64,000 bases of DNA from an uncultured Lishizhenia sp. (GTDB lineage: Bacteria > Bacteroidota > Bacteroidia > Flavobacteriales_D > Crocinitomicaceae), in assembly GCA_964590425.1 (NCBI GenBank), contig CAZPWB010000003.1, positions 5,605-69,604 on the forward strand, read 5' to 3'. The position numbers and the translations under genes were made by a program. Of this stretch, positions 53,769 through 63,222 are shown one piece after another (positions within the stretch are counted from its first letter, which is position 1; every line of letters begins with the position of its first letter). Below the pieces are notes generated by a model. That model saw only the letters and a list, made by a program, of their open reading frames with translations, did not search any database and was not told the DNA's origin.

Positions 53769-56420
53769 TTAGTAATTATCGATGAAAAATGCTTTATAAT
53801 CATCAAATTTCGAGCTTTCTATCAACTTTTTCAAATTTTCTTGACTGATTATGTAAATTTTATTGTTTTGATAGTCATCGAGATACTCGAAACCGGCCTT
53901 ATAGGCGTTCAGGTAGTCCCAGGCAATCTTGGCTGAAGGAAAGTCTGCAACAAGCACAAAATTATTTTCAGCCACCGTGGTTTTAACCGAAACTTTCACT
54001 TTGCCTGTTTTGTAGGCCTTGGTAGAGAAGTTGGCAACAGCGGTTCTGAGATCATCTGCCTCTTCTTCTTCATCGAGCAAGACAATTACAAACTGGGTGC
54101 CGCTGATATCTGTTGAATAAATAGAAGACTCTTTTTTGGCACCCACTTCAAATTTCGATACCCCTTTTTGAATCGTTTGAATCATTTCTTGTGCACGAAC
54201 AGCTTGGTCTGACTTAGGCTTTTCGTCGATGATGCGCTGTAATTTTGGCACTAACAACTGTTTGTTTTCATTGAGTTGCCCAAAGGCCAATGCATTTAAT
54301 AAGAGGTATTCAGCACGGTAAGCATTGGATGGATCTTTGTCTACAATAGGTTGTGTGGCGCTCAAAACTTGTGTGTAATAGGCCTGCTCATATTTTTCAA
54401 GCAAGGCTAAATAAGCTGCCTGATCTTTTTGGGCGCTTAGTTTTTGCTTCACGTAGAAATCTGGATCGCGGAAAAAGTTTGCGGCGTCAGAGCTTGGGTA
54501 TTTTTGTAAGATGTAAGACTTGTAGGTCGCTGCATCTGGACCGTTTTCGTAAATTTTGTAAAGTTGGAAGGCTGCCGATAAGTCAGTTGGATGCTCAAGT
54601 TTTTTCTCAAGAATGGCTAAAAATTGTGCCGCTGCCAACTCGCTTTCGTTGAGAATTTCTTTGTAGAGAACCCCTGAGGTATAAAGCGCGTCTAGCAAGC
54701 GTTCTTGCGAGCTTTTGAGTGCTTCTGGAGTGAGCGGAATATTAGCTAGAAGTGATTCAATGCTGAGGGTGTCTTGTTTTTGTGCGCCACCTGTCGCTTG
54801 CTGCGTAGAGTCTTGGCTAAGTGGGTCAATGTTGGCATTTAAAATGATGCGCTCGCTGCGGCGCCAGTCATCGGTGTTTTCACGGACGCCCCAATTTTTG
54901 CGGAACTCGTTGTAGCCATCTTCGCGCAACTTAGGATTGTTGAATATAAACTTATTGGCGTTACCGGTAGTAGCAGTTGTTTGACTTTGTTGCAGCGCTA
55001 ATAACTTGGCAGCTTCTAATTCTTTGCGGCGCTGTTCTTCTCTTTTGATTTGCTTGAGTGTTTCTTTCAGAAAATCTTCGCGGTCTTTTTCAGACAACGC
55101 AGCAATGCGTTGTACTGAATCTTCAAATTGAGCAGTTTCTATGGCTTTAACTAAGTCTGCTAATTTGCTCGCTTTGCTTTTGATTTGTTCTCCGTTCGGG
55201 TAATCGTCGGTGATAAACCTCGAACTAGAGTCATAGTATTTTTGCGCGTAGACATAGTTCTTGTCAGCAAAGGAAATGTCGCCAAGTTTTTCATAGGATT
55301 GCGCGCGCTGACGCTTATTGTTGTTCGAATAAAAAGCTGATGACGTGAGGTGTGATTTTGCCAGCTCTTTGTTGCCCGTATTAAGTTCCATGAGGGCCAT
55401 TGCGTAATAAATCTGGTCTTTGAAAGTTGCATTTTTGGCATCTTTGAGCATTTTTTGAAGATCAGACATGAGCCGTTGGTCTCCGCTAGAAATTGCTCTG
55501 TTCAGACGCGCATTGAATGCAATGTCGGGGGACGCTGCAGCTTTATAGGCCTTGCCATAGCGCTGAGAAGCTTCTGGCATGAGGTTTTGCTGCTGGTAAA
55601 TTTGCGCCAAAATATAATTGAGTCTGGCTTTTTCTTTGGCCACAGGACATTTTGCAATAGCCAATTTGAGACCTTCTATGGCAAGGTCGTATTCTCGGCG
55701 GCGCAATGCTAAATCAGCAAATGTGCGGTGGATTTCGTATTGTAATTTTTTTGACATCTCGGGACCAGCTTCCGGATTTTTTTCCTTGACAAACGGAATG
55801 TAGTCTTTGAGTTCCTTGTCTTTTTGCAATTCAGCGCGCTCATTGAGTGCATCGAGAATGAGTTTGGCATCGGCATATTTGCGCTGTTCAATGTATATTC
55901 GAGCTATCCATAGGCTTGCGACATAAGTACTTGGATCCTTTTCAAAAAAACGCTTGACAAACTCAAAATTGTCCAAGGCTTTTTGGTAGTCGCGGCGATA
56001 GAAAAACGCTTCGCCAACGGTAAGCCAGTTTTCGTCAATCCATTTATTGTACTCAACAGCCTTATAAAACATGTTTTCGGCAGTTGGCATGCTGTGATTC
56101 AGGATCACTTTAGAGCACTTCATGACTGCAGTGTCAATTGCGGGTAACATACCTTTGACATCTTTTTCTGATGGAACAGGAAAGATGGGGAGTATGGTGT
56201 AAAAATCTTCTTTGCGACTATCGTGATAAGTTTTAAGCGAAATGCGCATCAATTCTTTGGCATTGAAATGGCCATTGTATTTGGCAGTCGTTTGGTGATA
56301 GAAACGATTGAGCGGTGTATTGTTTTCTGTAGAACAAGCCCATGACAGCAAAAGCAGCATTGAGGTCAGGAAGATGTATAGGCTTGTACGCATGAATGCA
56401 AAAAGAGGATTATAACGCAA
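53769..56420 (-). CDS. porW: TPR-repeat lipoprotein, PorW/SprE-like T9SS component
   Basis: 883 aa. Lipobox LLLSWAC, then TPLNRFYHQTTAKYNGHFNA, which resembles the SprE N-terminal signature. Long TPR-like helical body. Confidence 0.6.
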   Translation of the reverse strand: MRYNPLFAFMRTSLYIFLTSMLLLLSWACSTENNTPLNRFYHQTTAKYNGHFNAKELMRISLKTYHDSRKEDFYTILPIFPVPSEKDVKGMLPAIDTAVMKCSKVILNHSMPTAENMFYKAVEYNKWIDENWLTVGEAFFYRRDYQKALDNFEFVKRFFEKDPSTYVASLWIARIYIEQRKYADAKLILDALNERAELQKDKELKDYIPFVKEKNPEAGPEMSKKLQYEIHRTFADLALRRREYDLAIEGLKLAIAKCPVAKEKARLNYILAQIYQQQNLMPEASQRYGKAYKAAASPDIAFNARLNRAISSGDQRLMSDLQKMLKDAKNATFKDQIYYAMALMELNTGNKELAKSHLTSSAFYSNNNKRQRAQSYEKLGDISFADKNYVYAQKYYDSSSRFITDDYPNGEQIKSKASKLADLVKAIETAQFEDSVQRIAALSEKDREDFLKETLKQIKREEQRRKELEAAKLLALQQSQTTATTGNANKFIFNNPKLREDGYNEFRKNWGVRENTDDWRRSERIILNANIDPLSQDSTQQATGGAQKQDTLSIESLLANIPLTPEALKSSQERLLDALYTSGVLYKEILNESELAAAQFLAILEKKLEHPTDLSAAFQLYKIYENGPDAATYKSYILQKYPSSDAANFFRDPDFYVKQKLSAQKDQAAYLALLEKYEQAYYTQVLSATQPIVDKDPSNAYRAEYLLLNALAFGQLNENKQLLVPKLQRIIDEKPKSDQAVRAQEMIQTIQKGVSKFEVGAKKESSIYSTDISGTQFVIVLLDEEEEADDLRTAVANFSTKAYKTGKVKVSVKTTVAENNFVLVADFPSAKIAWDYLNAYKAGFEYLDDYQNNKIYIISQENLKKLIESSKFDDYKAFFIDNY

Positions 56421-56443
56421 AAACTGCGTTTTTAGTGTGCAAA

Positions 56444-57154
56444 TTAGGCAATATTGGTAAAGACTTGCTGAATGTCGTCGTCGTCTTCAATTTTGTCGAG
56501 CATTTTCTCGATATCAACAAGTTGTTCTTCAGAGAATTCTACCGGGCTCGTTGGGATGCGCTTAAGGCTCGATTTCTGAACTTCAATTTGCATGTCTTCT
56601 AATGCTTTAGCAATCGTTCCAAAGGCTGTGTAGTCGCCGTAAACAACAATTTGCTCCTCCTCTACTTCAATTTCTTCACAACCGGCATCAATAAGTTCTA
56701 ATTCGAGCATTTCTGGATCCATCTCGGGTGTTTTGGCGATTTCAAAAACACTCTTTCTGGCAAACATGAATTCCATAGAACCATTTGGCACTACTGACCC
56801 GCCAGCTTTGTTGAAGTATGATTTAACGTTGGCAACGGTACGCGTTGGGTTATCTGTGGCGCATTCGACATAAACCAAAACACCATGCGGCCCTTTTCCT
56901 TCGTAATTCACTTCGGTAAAAGAGGCGATATCTTTTTGGGCCGCCCTTTTGATCGCAGACTCGATGTTGTCTTTGGGCATATTTTCAGACTTCGCGTTTT
57001 GAATAGCGGTTCTGAGCTTGGCATTAGTAGTTGGGTCCATGCCGCCTTCCTTGGCAGCCATAGTGATGGCTTTACCTAGTTTTGGAAACATTTTGGACAT
57101 TTTGTCCCAACGCTTTTCTTTAGCGGCTCTTCGGTATTCAAACGCTCTTCCCAT
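56444..57154 (-). CDS. yebC: YebC/PmpR family transcriptional regulator
   Basis: 236 aa. [22 protein letters not shown]-terminus. Confidence 0.92.
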   Translation of the reverse strand: MGRAFEYRRAAKEKRWDKMSKMFPKLGKAITMAAKEGGMDPTTNAKLRTAIQNAKSENMPKDNIESAIKRAAQKDIASFTEVNYEGKGPHGVLVYVECATDNPTRTVANVKSYFNKAGGSVVPNGSMEFMFARKSVFEIAKTPEMDPEMLELELIDAGCEEIEVEEEQIVVYGDYTAFGTIAKALEDMQIEVQKSSLKRIPTSPVEFSEEQLVDIEKMLDKIEDDDDIQQVFTNIA

Positions 57155-57214
57155 TTCTGATTATTTAGGTGGCAAAAATAAGGAATTCAGAAGGAAAATT
57201 CAAAAGGAAATGGC

Positions 57215-57805
57215 TTAGGCTAAAATTTGCTCGATGTAGTTCAAAATTGGCTCTTTTCCGAAGCCTGAGTCACTTGAACTGGTAAATACAGGTGGAAGTT
57301 CTTCCCAATATTTGAGCATTTCTTTTTTGTACTTGGCTAAGTTCTTTTGTAAAGCTGTACTAGAGAGTTTATCAATTTTGGTAAAAACCATGGAAAATGG
57401 AAGGCCTTTTTCTCCGCACCAATTCATGAATTCGAGGTCAATTTTTTGGGGTTCGAGCCGCGCATCTAAAAGCACAAAAATATTCATGAGTGTTTCTCTT
57501 TTTGTAAGGTAGTCAGAGATAAAACGCTCAAAAGAACTGCGTTGTGTACGGCTCACTTTGGCATAGCCATATCCAGGCAGATCGACAATATACCATTGCT
57601 CATTGATCAGAAAATGATTGATGAGCTGTGTTTTTCCAGGTGTACCGGATGTTTTGGCGAGGCCTTTTTTAGAGGTCAGCATATTAATAAGTGAAGACTT
57701 CCCGACATTTGAACGGCCGATGAAGGCAAATTCGGGTTTGCCATCTTTGGGGCATTTAGAAACTTCGGTATTTGAGATGCTGAACTCTGCGGTTTTAATT
57801 TGCAT
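57215..57805 (-). CDS. engB: ribosome biogenesis GTPase YsxC/EngB
   Basis: 196 aa. G1 [13 protein letters not shown]3 DLPGYG, G4 TKIDK. Confidence 0.92.
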   Translation of the reverse strand: MQIKTAEFSISNTEVSKCPKDGKPEFAFIGRSNVGKSSLINMLTSKKGLAKTSGTPGKTQLINHFLINEQWYIVDLPGYGYAKVSRTQRSSFERFISDYLTKRETLMNIFVLLDARLEPQKIDLEFMNWCGEKGLPFSMVFTKIDKLSSTALQKNLAKYKKEMLKYWEELPPVFTSSSDSGFGKEPILNYIEQILA

Positions 57806-57828
57806 GTTGCAAAGTTATTTGAAACTTT

Positions 57829-57836
57829 TATTTTTG
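57829..57836 (+). promoter_or_regulatory. TAnnTTTG -7 box (TATTTTTG) upstream of the CarH-like regulator
   Basis: Exact consensus match with a TTG 19 nt upstream, 52 nt before ATG 57889. Sits in the engB-divergent intergenic region. Confidence 0.35.
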
Positions 57837-57888
57837 CCCATTTTGAACAAACTTTAATCTCTGTTGTTTTGCAGTAACTCTAATCGCG

Positions 57889-58758
57889 ATGGCAGAATAT
57901 AAAATAAAAGATATAGAAATACTTACGGGCATCAAAGCCCATACGATTCGCATCTGGGAAAAGCGCTACGGCATGCTCATTCCGGAAAGAACCGACACGC
58001 AAATCAGAACCTACACTGATGCCGATTTATCTTTTCTATTAAATGTTAGCTTATTGAATAAAAATGGGGTTAAAATTTCTAAAATAGCCACCATGGAGAC
58101 TAGTGCTATTCACGCATTGGTTACAGATATTCGACTTAGCCCTGCCATTGACAACGCCGAAGAAAAGCTCATTTTGGCTTTGCTTGAACTAGACGAACAA
58201 CTATTTAGAAATACGCTCAACGACCTCATCCACCAAAAAGGCCTCGAAAATACGTTTTCCGAGCACCTCATTCCATTCCTTGACAGAATTGGCGTGATGT
58301 GGTTGGTTAACAGCATTTCAGCGGCCCAAGAACATTTTATTTCAAATCTTATCCGTCAGAAAGTCATTACTGAGATTGATAAGTTAGGAATTCCAGACAA
58401 AGGTTCTCAGTCAGCATTGCTCTTTTTACCAGAACATGACTGGCATGAAATTGGACTATTGTTCTACCAATATTTATTGAGAAGCAAGGGTTATTATACC
58501 TACTACCTAGGGCAAAGTTTACCTTACGATTCTCTGGTGGACTGCATACAAAGACTCAAACCAACCGTTGTTTTAAGTAGTTGGCTAACTGCCGTAGACC
58601 AAAGCTTTATAACAAATTACTTTAAGCAATTGCATGCCGATGCGCCAGGCGTTGAATTTATGGCAGGGGGTGCACAAATTCATGTGCATGCTGAAGCGCT
58701 CAAAGGACTCATTACTGAAGTCAAAAACGCAGCAAGCTTGCTTTCTTTGTTCAAGTAA
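57889..58758 (+). CDS. MerR-family regulator with CarH/LitR-type cobalamin-binding domain
   Basis: HTH IKDIEILTGIKAHTIRIWEKRYG. W138-x9-E148-H149. D184-x-H186-x-x-G189, then x41, S231-x-L233, x26, G260-G261. Positions were counted by hand. Confidence 0.78.
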   Translation: MAEYKIKDIEILTGIKAHTIRIWEKRYGMLIPERTDTQIRTYTDADLSFLLNVSLLNKNGVKISKIATMETSAIHALVTDIRLSPAIDNAEEKLILALLELDEQLFRNTLNDLIHQKGLENTFSEHLIPFLDRIGVMWLVNSISAAQEHFISNLIRQKVITEIDKLGIPDKGSQSALLFLPEHDWHEIGLLFYQYLLRSKGYYTYYLGQSLPYDSLVDCIQRLKPTVVLSSWLTAVDQSFITNYFKQLHADAPGVEFMAGGAQIHVHAEALKGLITEVKNAASLLSLFK

Positions 58759-58767
58759 GGTCTGAGC

Positions 58768-61545
58768 CTAAAGTACAATATTCACAATTTTTCCAGGAAC
58801 TATAATCACCTTTTTAGGCGTTTTGCCTTCAAGCCATTTTTGAGCATCTGGTAAGGCCATCACAGCCGCTTCAATTTCAGCAGGGTTTAGGTTTAAAGGT
58901 AATTCTACCTTCATGCGCATCTTTCCATTGAAAGAAACCGGATACGAGAAACTAGATTCTGTCAAGTGAGCTTCGTTGAGCTCTGGGTAACATTCATTGA
59001 AAATAGTTGGGCTTTGAGGCTGCAACTGAGCCCAAATTTCTTCACAAATATGCGGCGCATAAGGAGCCATCAGAATAGTGAGCTGCTCCAAAATATGGCG
59101 GTTATTGCATTTCTGATCGGTGAGTTCGTTGACACAAATCATGAAGCTTGAAACACCCGTATTGAACGAAAAGCGCTCGAGGTCATCGCGGAGCTTCTTG
59201 ATGGTTTTGTGTAAAGTTTTGAGTGCTGCAGGGCTCGCTTCGCCTTCGCTCACTTCAAAGGTGCCATTCTGGTGGAATAAACGCCAGTATTTTTTCAAGA
59301 AGCCGTGAACGCCTGTAATACCTTTGGTATCCCATGGTTTGCTTTGCTCGAGTGGGCCCAAGAACATTTCATACATGCGAAGCGTATCGGCACCATAACG
59401 CTCGCAGAGGTCATCTGGTGTAACGACGTTGTACCAACGCTTCGACATTTTATCTACTTCGCGTTTAACGATGACTTTACCAGCATCATTTTTCACAAAT
59501 TCAAGATTTTCATATTGCGGTTGCCATTGCTGTAAGGCCTCCAATTGAATGCTTTCGTCGTCATTGATCAGGTCAATGAGGATCCTGACTTCGCGGAAGC
59601 CATTTTGGTCTTTTGGCAAACAATCATAAGAATACATTTTTTGATCAGGGCCGATATAGGCAATAGCACTCTTGCCCAAGATCATGCCTTGGTTAATGAG
59701 TTTGGCGAAAGGTTCATCAAAAGGCAAATAACCGAGATCATGCAAGAACTTCGTCCAGAAGCGGGAATAAAGCAAGTGCCCTGTGGCATGCTCAGAACCA
59801 CCAATGTATAAATCGACATTTTGCCAATAAGCCACTTTCTCTGGACTCACAAAAAAGTCGTCGTTTTGAGGGTCCATATAGCGCAAGAAATACCAACTGC
59901 TTCCAGCCCAACCTGGCATGGTGTTGAATTCCATGCGTTCGCCCAACTTACACGACCACGCCTCTTTTACTGCACGCGCCAGTGGCGGTTCGCCATCTTC
60001 AGTGGGTAAATATTTATCTACTTCAGGGAGCGTTACGGGCAATTGCTCGTCCGGAACCAAATGAGGCAGACCATCTTGGTAATAAACCGGGAAAGGTTCA
60101 CCCCAATAACGCTGTCTGGAAAAAACGGCATCGCGCAGGCGGAAGTTTGTTTTTCCGAAGCCAAGGCCTCTTTTTTCGATTTCAGTAATAGCTGTTTCCA
60201 TGGCTTTTTTAGCGGGCAGGCCATCGAGAAAATCAGAATTGGCAATCAAGGCATCTTTTTCAGCATAGGCCGCTTCACTGATATCTTGATCTTTAAAAAT
60301 ATTTGGGATGGCTAAGTCAAAGTGCTTAGCGAAGTCGTAGTCGCGTTGATCACCACATGGCACTGCCATAACGGCGCCGGTTCCGTAAGAAGCCAAAACG
60401 TAATCGCCGATCCAGATTGGAATGGGTGCTCCTGTAAATGGGTGCACGGCATAGGCGCCCGTAAACTGGCCACTGATGTTTTTGACATCGGCCTGGCGAT
60501 CGCGCTCAGTTTTGAGAGCTGCTTCTTGCTGATACTGTTTCACAGCCTCAGCATGGCCCTCAGCTGTGATTTGCGGCACTAACGGGTGCTCGGGTGCCAA
60601 TACCATGAAACTCACGCCAAAGATGGTGTCAGGGCGCGTTGTAAAGACTTCAATTTCAGCGTCGTGGTCTTTCACTTGAAAACGCACGCTCGCACCTTTA
60701 GACTTCCCGATCCAGTTGCGCTGTTGTTCTTTAAGCGCATCGGTCCAATCAATGCGGTCTAGGCCTTCTAAAAGGCGATCAGCATAAGCTTTGATGCGCA
60801 TAGACCACTGCATCATGCGTTTTTGTTCTACCGGATGTCCGCCACGCTCTGAAACGCCGTTGACAATTTCATCGTTAGCCAAAACCGTACCCAGCGCCGG
60901 GCACCAATTGACCCAACTCTCGGCTAAGTAAGCCAAACGGTATTGTTGTAATATTTCTTCTTTTGCTTGGGCGTCTTTGGCGTTCCATGTAGCCGCATCA
61001 AATTGTTCTGCACAATCTGTTACTGCTTCAATATGTTGATTCCCGGCTTGTTCAAAAGCAGCAATTAACTGAGAAATGCGCTCCGCTTTGTTGCTTTTGA
61101 GATCGTAGTAAGCATCGAATAGTTGTTTGAAGATCCATTGCGTCCATTTGTAATAATTGGGCTCTGAAGTGCGGACTTCTCTGTTCCAATCATAACTGAA
61201 CCCCATGAGGTCTAGCTGTTGGCGATAACGGGCAATATTTTCTTTGGTGGTGATTGCAGGGTGTTGCCCTGTCTGAATAGCATATTGTTCTGCAGGCAAA
61301 CCAAAAGAATCATAACCCATTGGGTGTAACACGTTGAAGCCTTGCAAGCGTTTGTAGCGCGCATAAATATCAGAGGCAATATAACCAAGGGGATGACCCA
61401 CATGCAAGCCTGCTCCAGAAGGATACGGAAACATGTCAAGTACATAGTACTTTGGCTTACTGCCATCTTCGGTGATTTTGTAAGTTTGGCGCTCTTGCCA
61501 AATTTGGCGCCATTTGGCTTCAATGTGGTTAAATTGGTAGTCCAT
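58768..61545 (-). CDS. leuS: leucine--tRNA ligase
   Basis: About 925 aa. HIGH-type PYPSGAGLHVGH and KMSKS-type VDKMSKR. Start trimmed to ATG 61545 (MDYQFNHIEAKW). Confidence 0.95.
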   Translation of the reverse strand: MDYQFNHIEAKWRQIWQERQTYKITEDGSKPKYYVLDMFPYPSGAGLHVGHPLGYIASDIYARYKRLQGFNVLHPMGYDSFGLPAEQYAIQTGQHPAITTKENIARYRQQLDLMGFSYDWNREVRTSEPNYYKWTQWIFKQLFDAYYDLKSNKAERISQLIAAFEQAGNQHIEAVTDCAEQFDAATWNAKDAQAKEEILQQYRLAYLAESWVNWCPALGTVLANDEIVNGVSERGGHPVEQKRMMQWSMRIKAYADRLLEGLDRIDWTDALKEQQRNWIGKSKGASVRFQVKDHDAEIEVFTTRPDTIFGVSFMVLAPEHPLVPQITAEGHAEAVKQYQQEAALKTERDRQADVKNISGQFTGAYAVHPFTGAPIPIWIGDYVLASYGTGAVMAVPCGDQRDYDFAKHFDLAIPNIFKDQDISEAAYAEKDALIANSDFLDGLPAKKAMETAITEIEKRGLGFGKTNFRLRDAVFSRQRYWGEPFPVYYQDGLPHLVPDEQLPVTLPEVDKYLPTEDGEPPLARAVKEAWSCKLGERMEFNTMPGWAGSSWYFLRYMDPQNDDFFVSPEKVAYWQNVDLYIGGSEHATGHLLYSRFWTKFLHDLGYLPFDEPFAKLINQGMILGKSAIAYIGPDQKMYSYDCLPKDQNGFREVRILIDLINDDESIQLEALQQWQPQYENLEFVKNDAGKVIVKREVDKMSKRWYNVVTPDDLCERYGADTLRMYEMFLGPLEQSKPWDTKGITGVHGFLKKYWRLFHQNGTFEVSEGEASPAALKTLHKTIKKLRDDLERFSFNTGVSSFMICVNELTDQKCNNRHILEQLTILMAPYAPHICEEIWAQLQPQSPTIFNECYPELNEAHLTESSFSYPVSFNGKMRMKVELPLNLNPAEIEAAVMALPDAQKWLEGKTPKKVIIVPGKIVNIVL

Positions 61546-61583
61546 GCTTTCTTGTAGAGAGCACAAAGATACAAAGCTTGCGC

Positions 61584-62285
61584 TTAACGGAATAAAAAGT
61601 AAAGCCCAAGCAAGAAAAGCAGACTATCAAAGCTGCGTTTTGGAAAAAATTGCTCGCGGTTCATGACCACTAGCGGAATCATGATCAAAGCAAAAGGCAA
61701 AAAGAATAAGTACGCACACAAGGCAAGCAAGAACAGGACCACATATCCCGTATTCTTAGGCCCAATCAAGGCTGCAAGTGTTTTAAAACTCCCTTGGTCT
61801 TGCCTGAAATCTTCTCGGTCAGCCTGTAGGCTTAATGCAAAATAAAACAGTAAAAAAACTGGGTTCAAAAGGCTATTATTTTCAGCCATGTTTGGAATCA
61901 GGTTTAAAAACACGAACCACAACACCGGAATCAGAAACGACTTGAGATAAGGGATTCTTCGCCATTTTAAATAATGATCATAACTCAGGGCAAGTAAAAA
62001 CAGGAGCACTAAAATGAGCCAGAAAAACACATAGATCCAAAGCCCTTGGTATAAGAACAGATAATAGAGCCCGCTCAGGGTTAAAAGGAGTAATTGTAAA
62101 GATGGTTTGGGGCGCTCGTGTAGCCAATAATAAAACTGACCAATTAATAAACCATGTGCCAATGCCTTTTGCCATACTTGTGAGGGCCATTCAAATGCAG
62201 CTTGAGGTGCAAGTAAGCCCAAACTAAAGACGCTGACAAACAAGCCAAGGAAAACATTGCGCCACAAGATTTTATTCAATGGCAT
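61584..62285 (-). CDS. polytopic membrane protein, possibly a short UbiA-like prenyltransferase relative
   Basis: 233 aa with about 7 TMs. One Asp-rich D-x-x-D-x-x-x-D motif (ADREDFRQD). Overlaps the upstream GT9 gene by 14 nt. Confidence 0.4.
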   Translation of the reverse strand: MPLNKILWRNVFLGLFVSVFSLGLLAPQAAFEWPSQVWQKALAHGLLIGQFYYWLHERPKPSLQLLLLTLSGLYYLFLYQGLWIYVFFWLILVLLFLLALSYDHYLKWRRIPYLKSFLIPVLWFVFLNLIPNMAENNSLLNPVFLLFYFALSLQADREDFRQDQGSFKTLAALIGPKNTGYVVLFLLALCAYLFFLPFALIMIPLVVMNREQFFPKRSFDSLLFLLGLYFLFR

Positions 62286-63222
62286 CGCAAATTTGTTGAG
62301 GCGTAATATTCAAAACTTCTGTGAGTGCCTTGGAAATTGGCCCCAAGGCCTTCCAACGTCCTGGATGAATGGGTCGGCGCGCTGAAAACAAACCAATGGC
62401 CTGAATTTGACACAAACCCGCCAGATGATATGGCCCAGTCGAACAAGCAATGAGCGCTTTTGATTGCGCAATAACAGCAATAAATTCTTGCAGTGTCCAT
62501 AGACCTGCAGCATTATGAATGGAAGGATGCTTTGGCATTTGAGCTGCAAAAAGCTCGCCTTCTTGACGGGTGCCAGTAAAATAAATCTGATAACCTTTTT
62601 CAGCTAGCATAAGTGCGAGCTGCGCATACTTTTCCATTGGATATTCTAACCCACTCCCATTCGATTTCGGATGAATGAGAATTCTATTTTGATGCTCATT
62701 TGAGTTCAAATCTAATGGAAAAGCATCGAGCTTCACTCTAAAAGCAGTACTTGGCTGTATTTCCTCCCAACTTGGAATTTGCTTGATGCCTATCGCTTTC
62801 ACTAAATAAAAATTGAGCTGCGCCTCATGTAGGTCAGAGCGCTTTCTAGAAAACGAGGGCAACAAATTGCAAGTCATCCAGTGGTGCAAACGGTGTGCAG
62901 TTCCTACTCTTAAAGGAATACGAGCTTCTTTACACCATTGCCCAACAACTTTGTTAGGGAATAAATGCAAGACAGCCGAGAAGCCTTTGAGCTGTGCATG
63001 ACGTTCCTCTTTGGATAAGGCCACTAGATCTTCAAAAAGTAATATTTCACTGATGGGCTCAAAACAAGCCACAACCGGCGCTGTATATTTTCGGCACAAA
63101 TAAACAAGTTGTGCTTCAGGGAATTGCTTTTTCAGAGCCATGCACACAGGCAGCGTCAGGCAGACATCTCCAATGGCATCTGTTCTTGAAATCAGGATTT
63201 TTTGTAGACTAGGCCGCTGCAT
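62272..63222 (-). CDS. glycosyltransferase family 9 (heptosyltransferase-like)
   Basis: ILISRTDAIGDVCLTLPV N-terminal motif. Start trimmed to ATG 63222 (MQRPSLQKIL). Confidence 0.72.
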   Translation of the reverse strand: MQRPSLQKILISRTDAIGDVCLTLPVCMALKKQFPEAQLVYLCRKYTAPVVACFEPISEILLFEDLVALSKEERHAQLKGFSAVLHLFPNKVVGQWCKEARIPLRVGTAHRLHHWMTCNLLPSFSRKRSDLHEAQLNFYLVKAIGIKQIPSWEEIQPSTAFRVKLDAFPLDLNSNEHQNRILIHPKSNGSGLEYPMEKYAQLALMLAEKGYQIYFTGTRQEGELFAAQMPKHPSIHNAAGLWTLQEFIAVIAQSKALIACSTGPYHLAGLCQIQAIGLFSARRPIHPGRWKALGPISKALTEVLNITPQQICDAIE

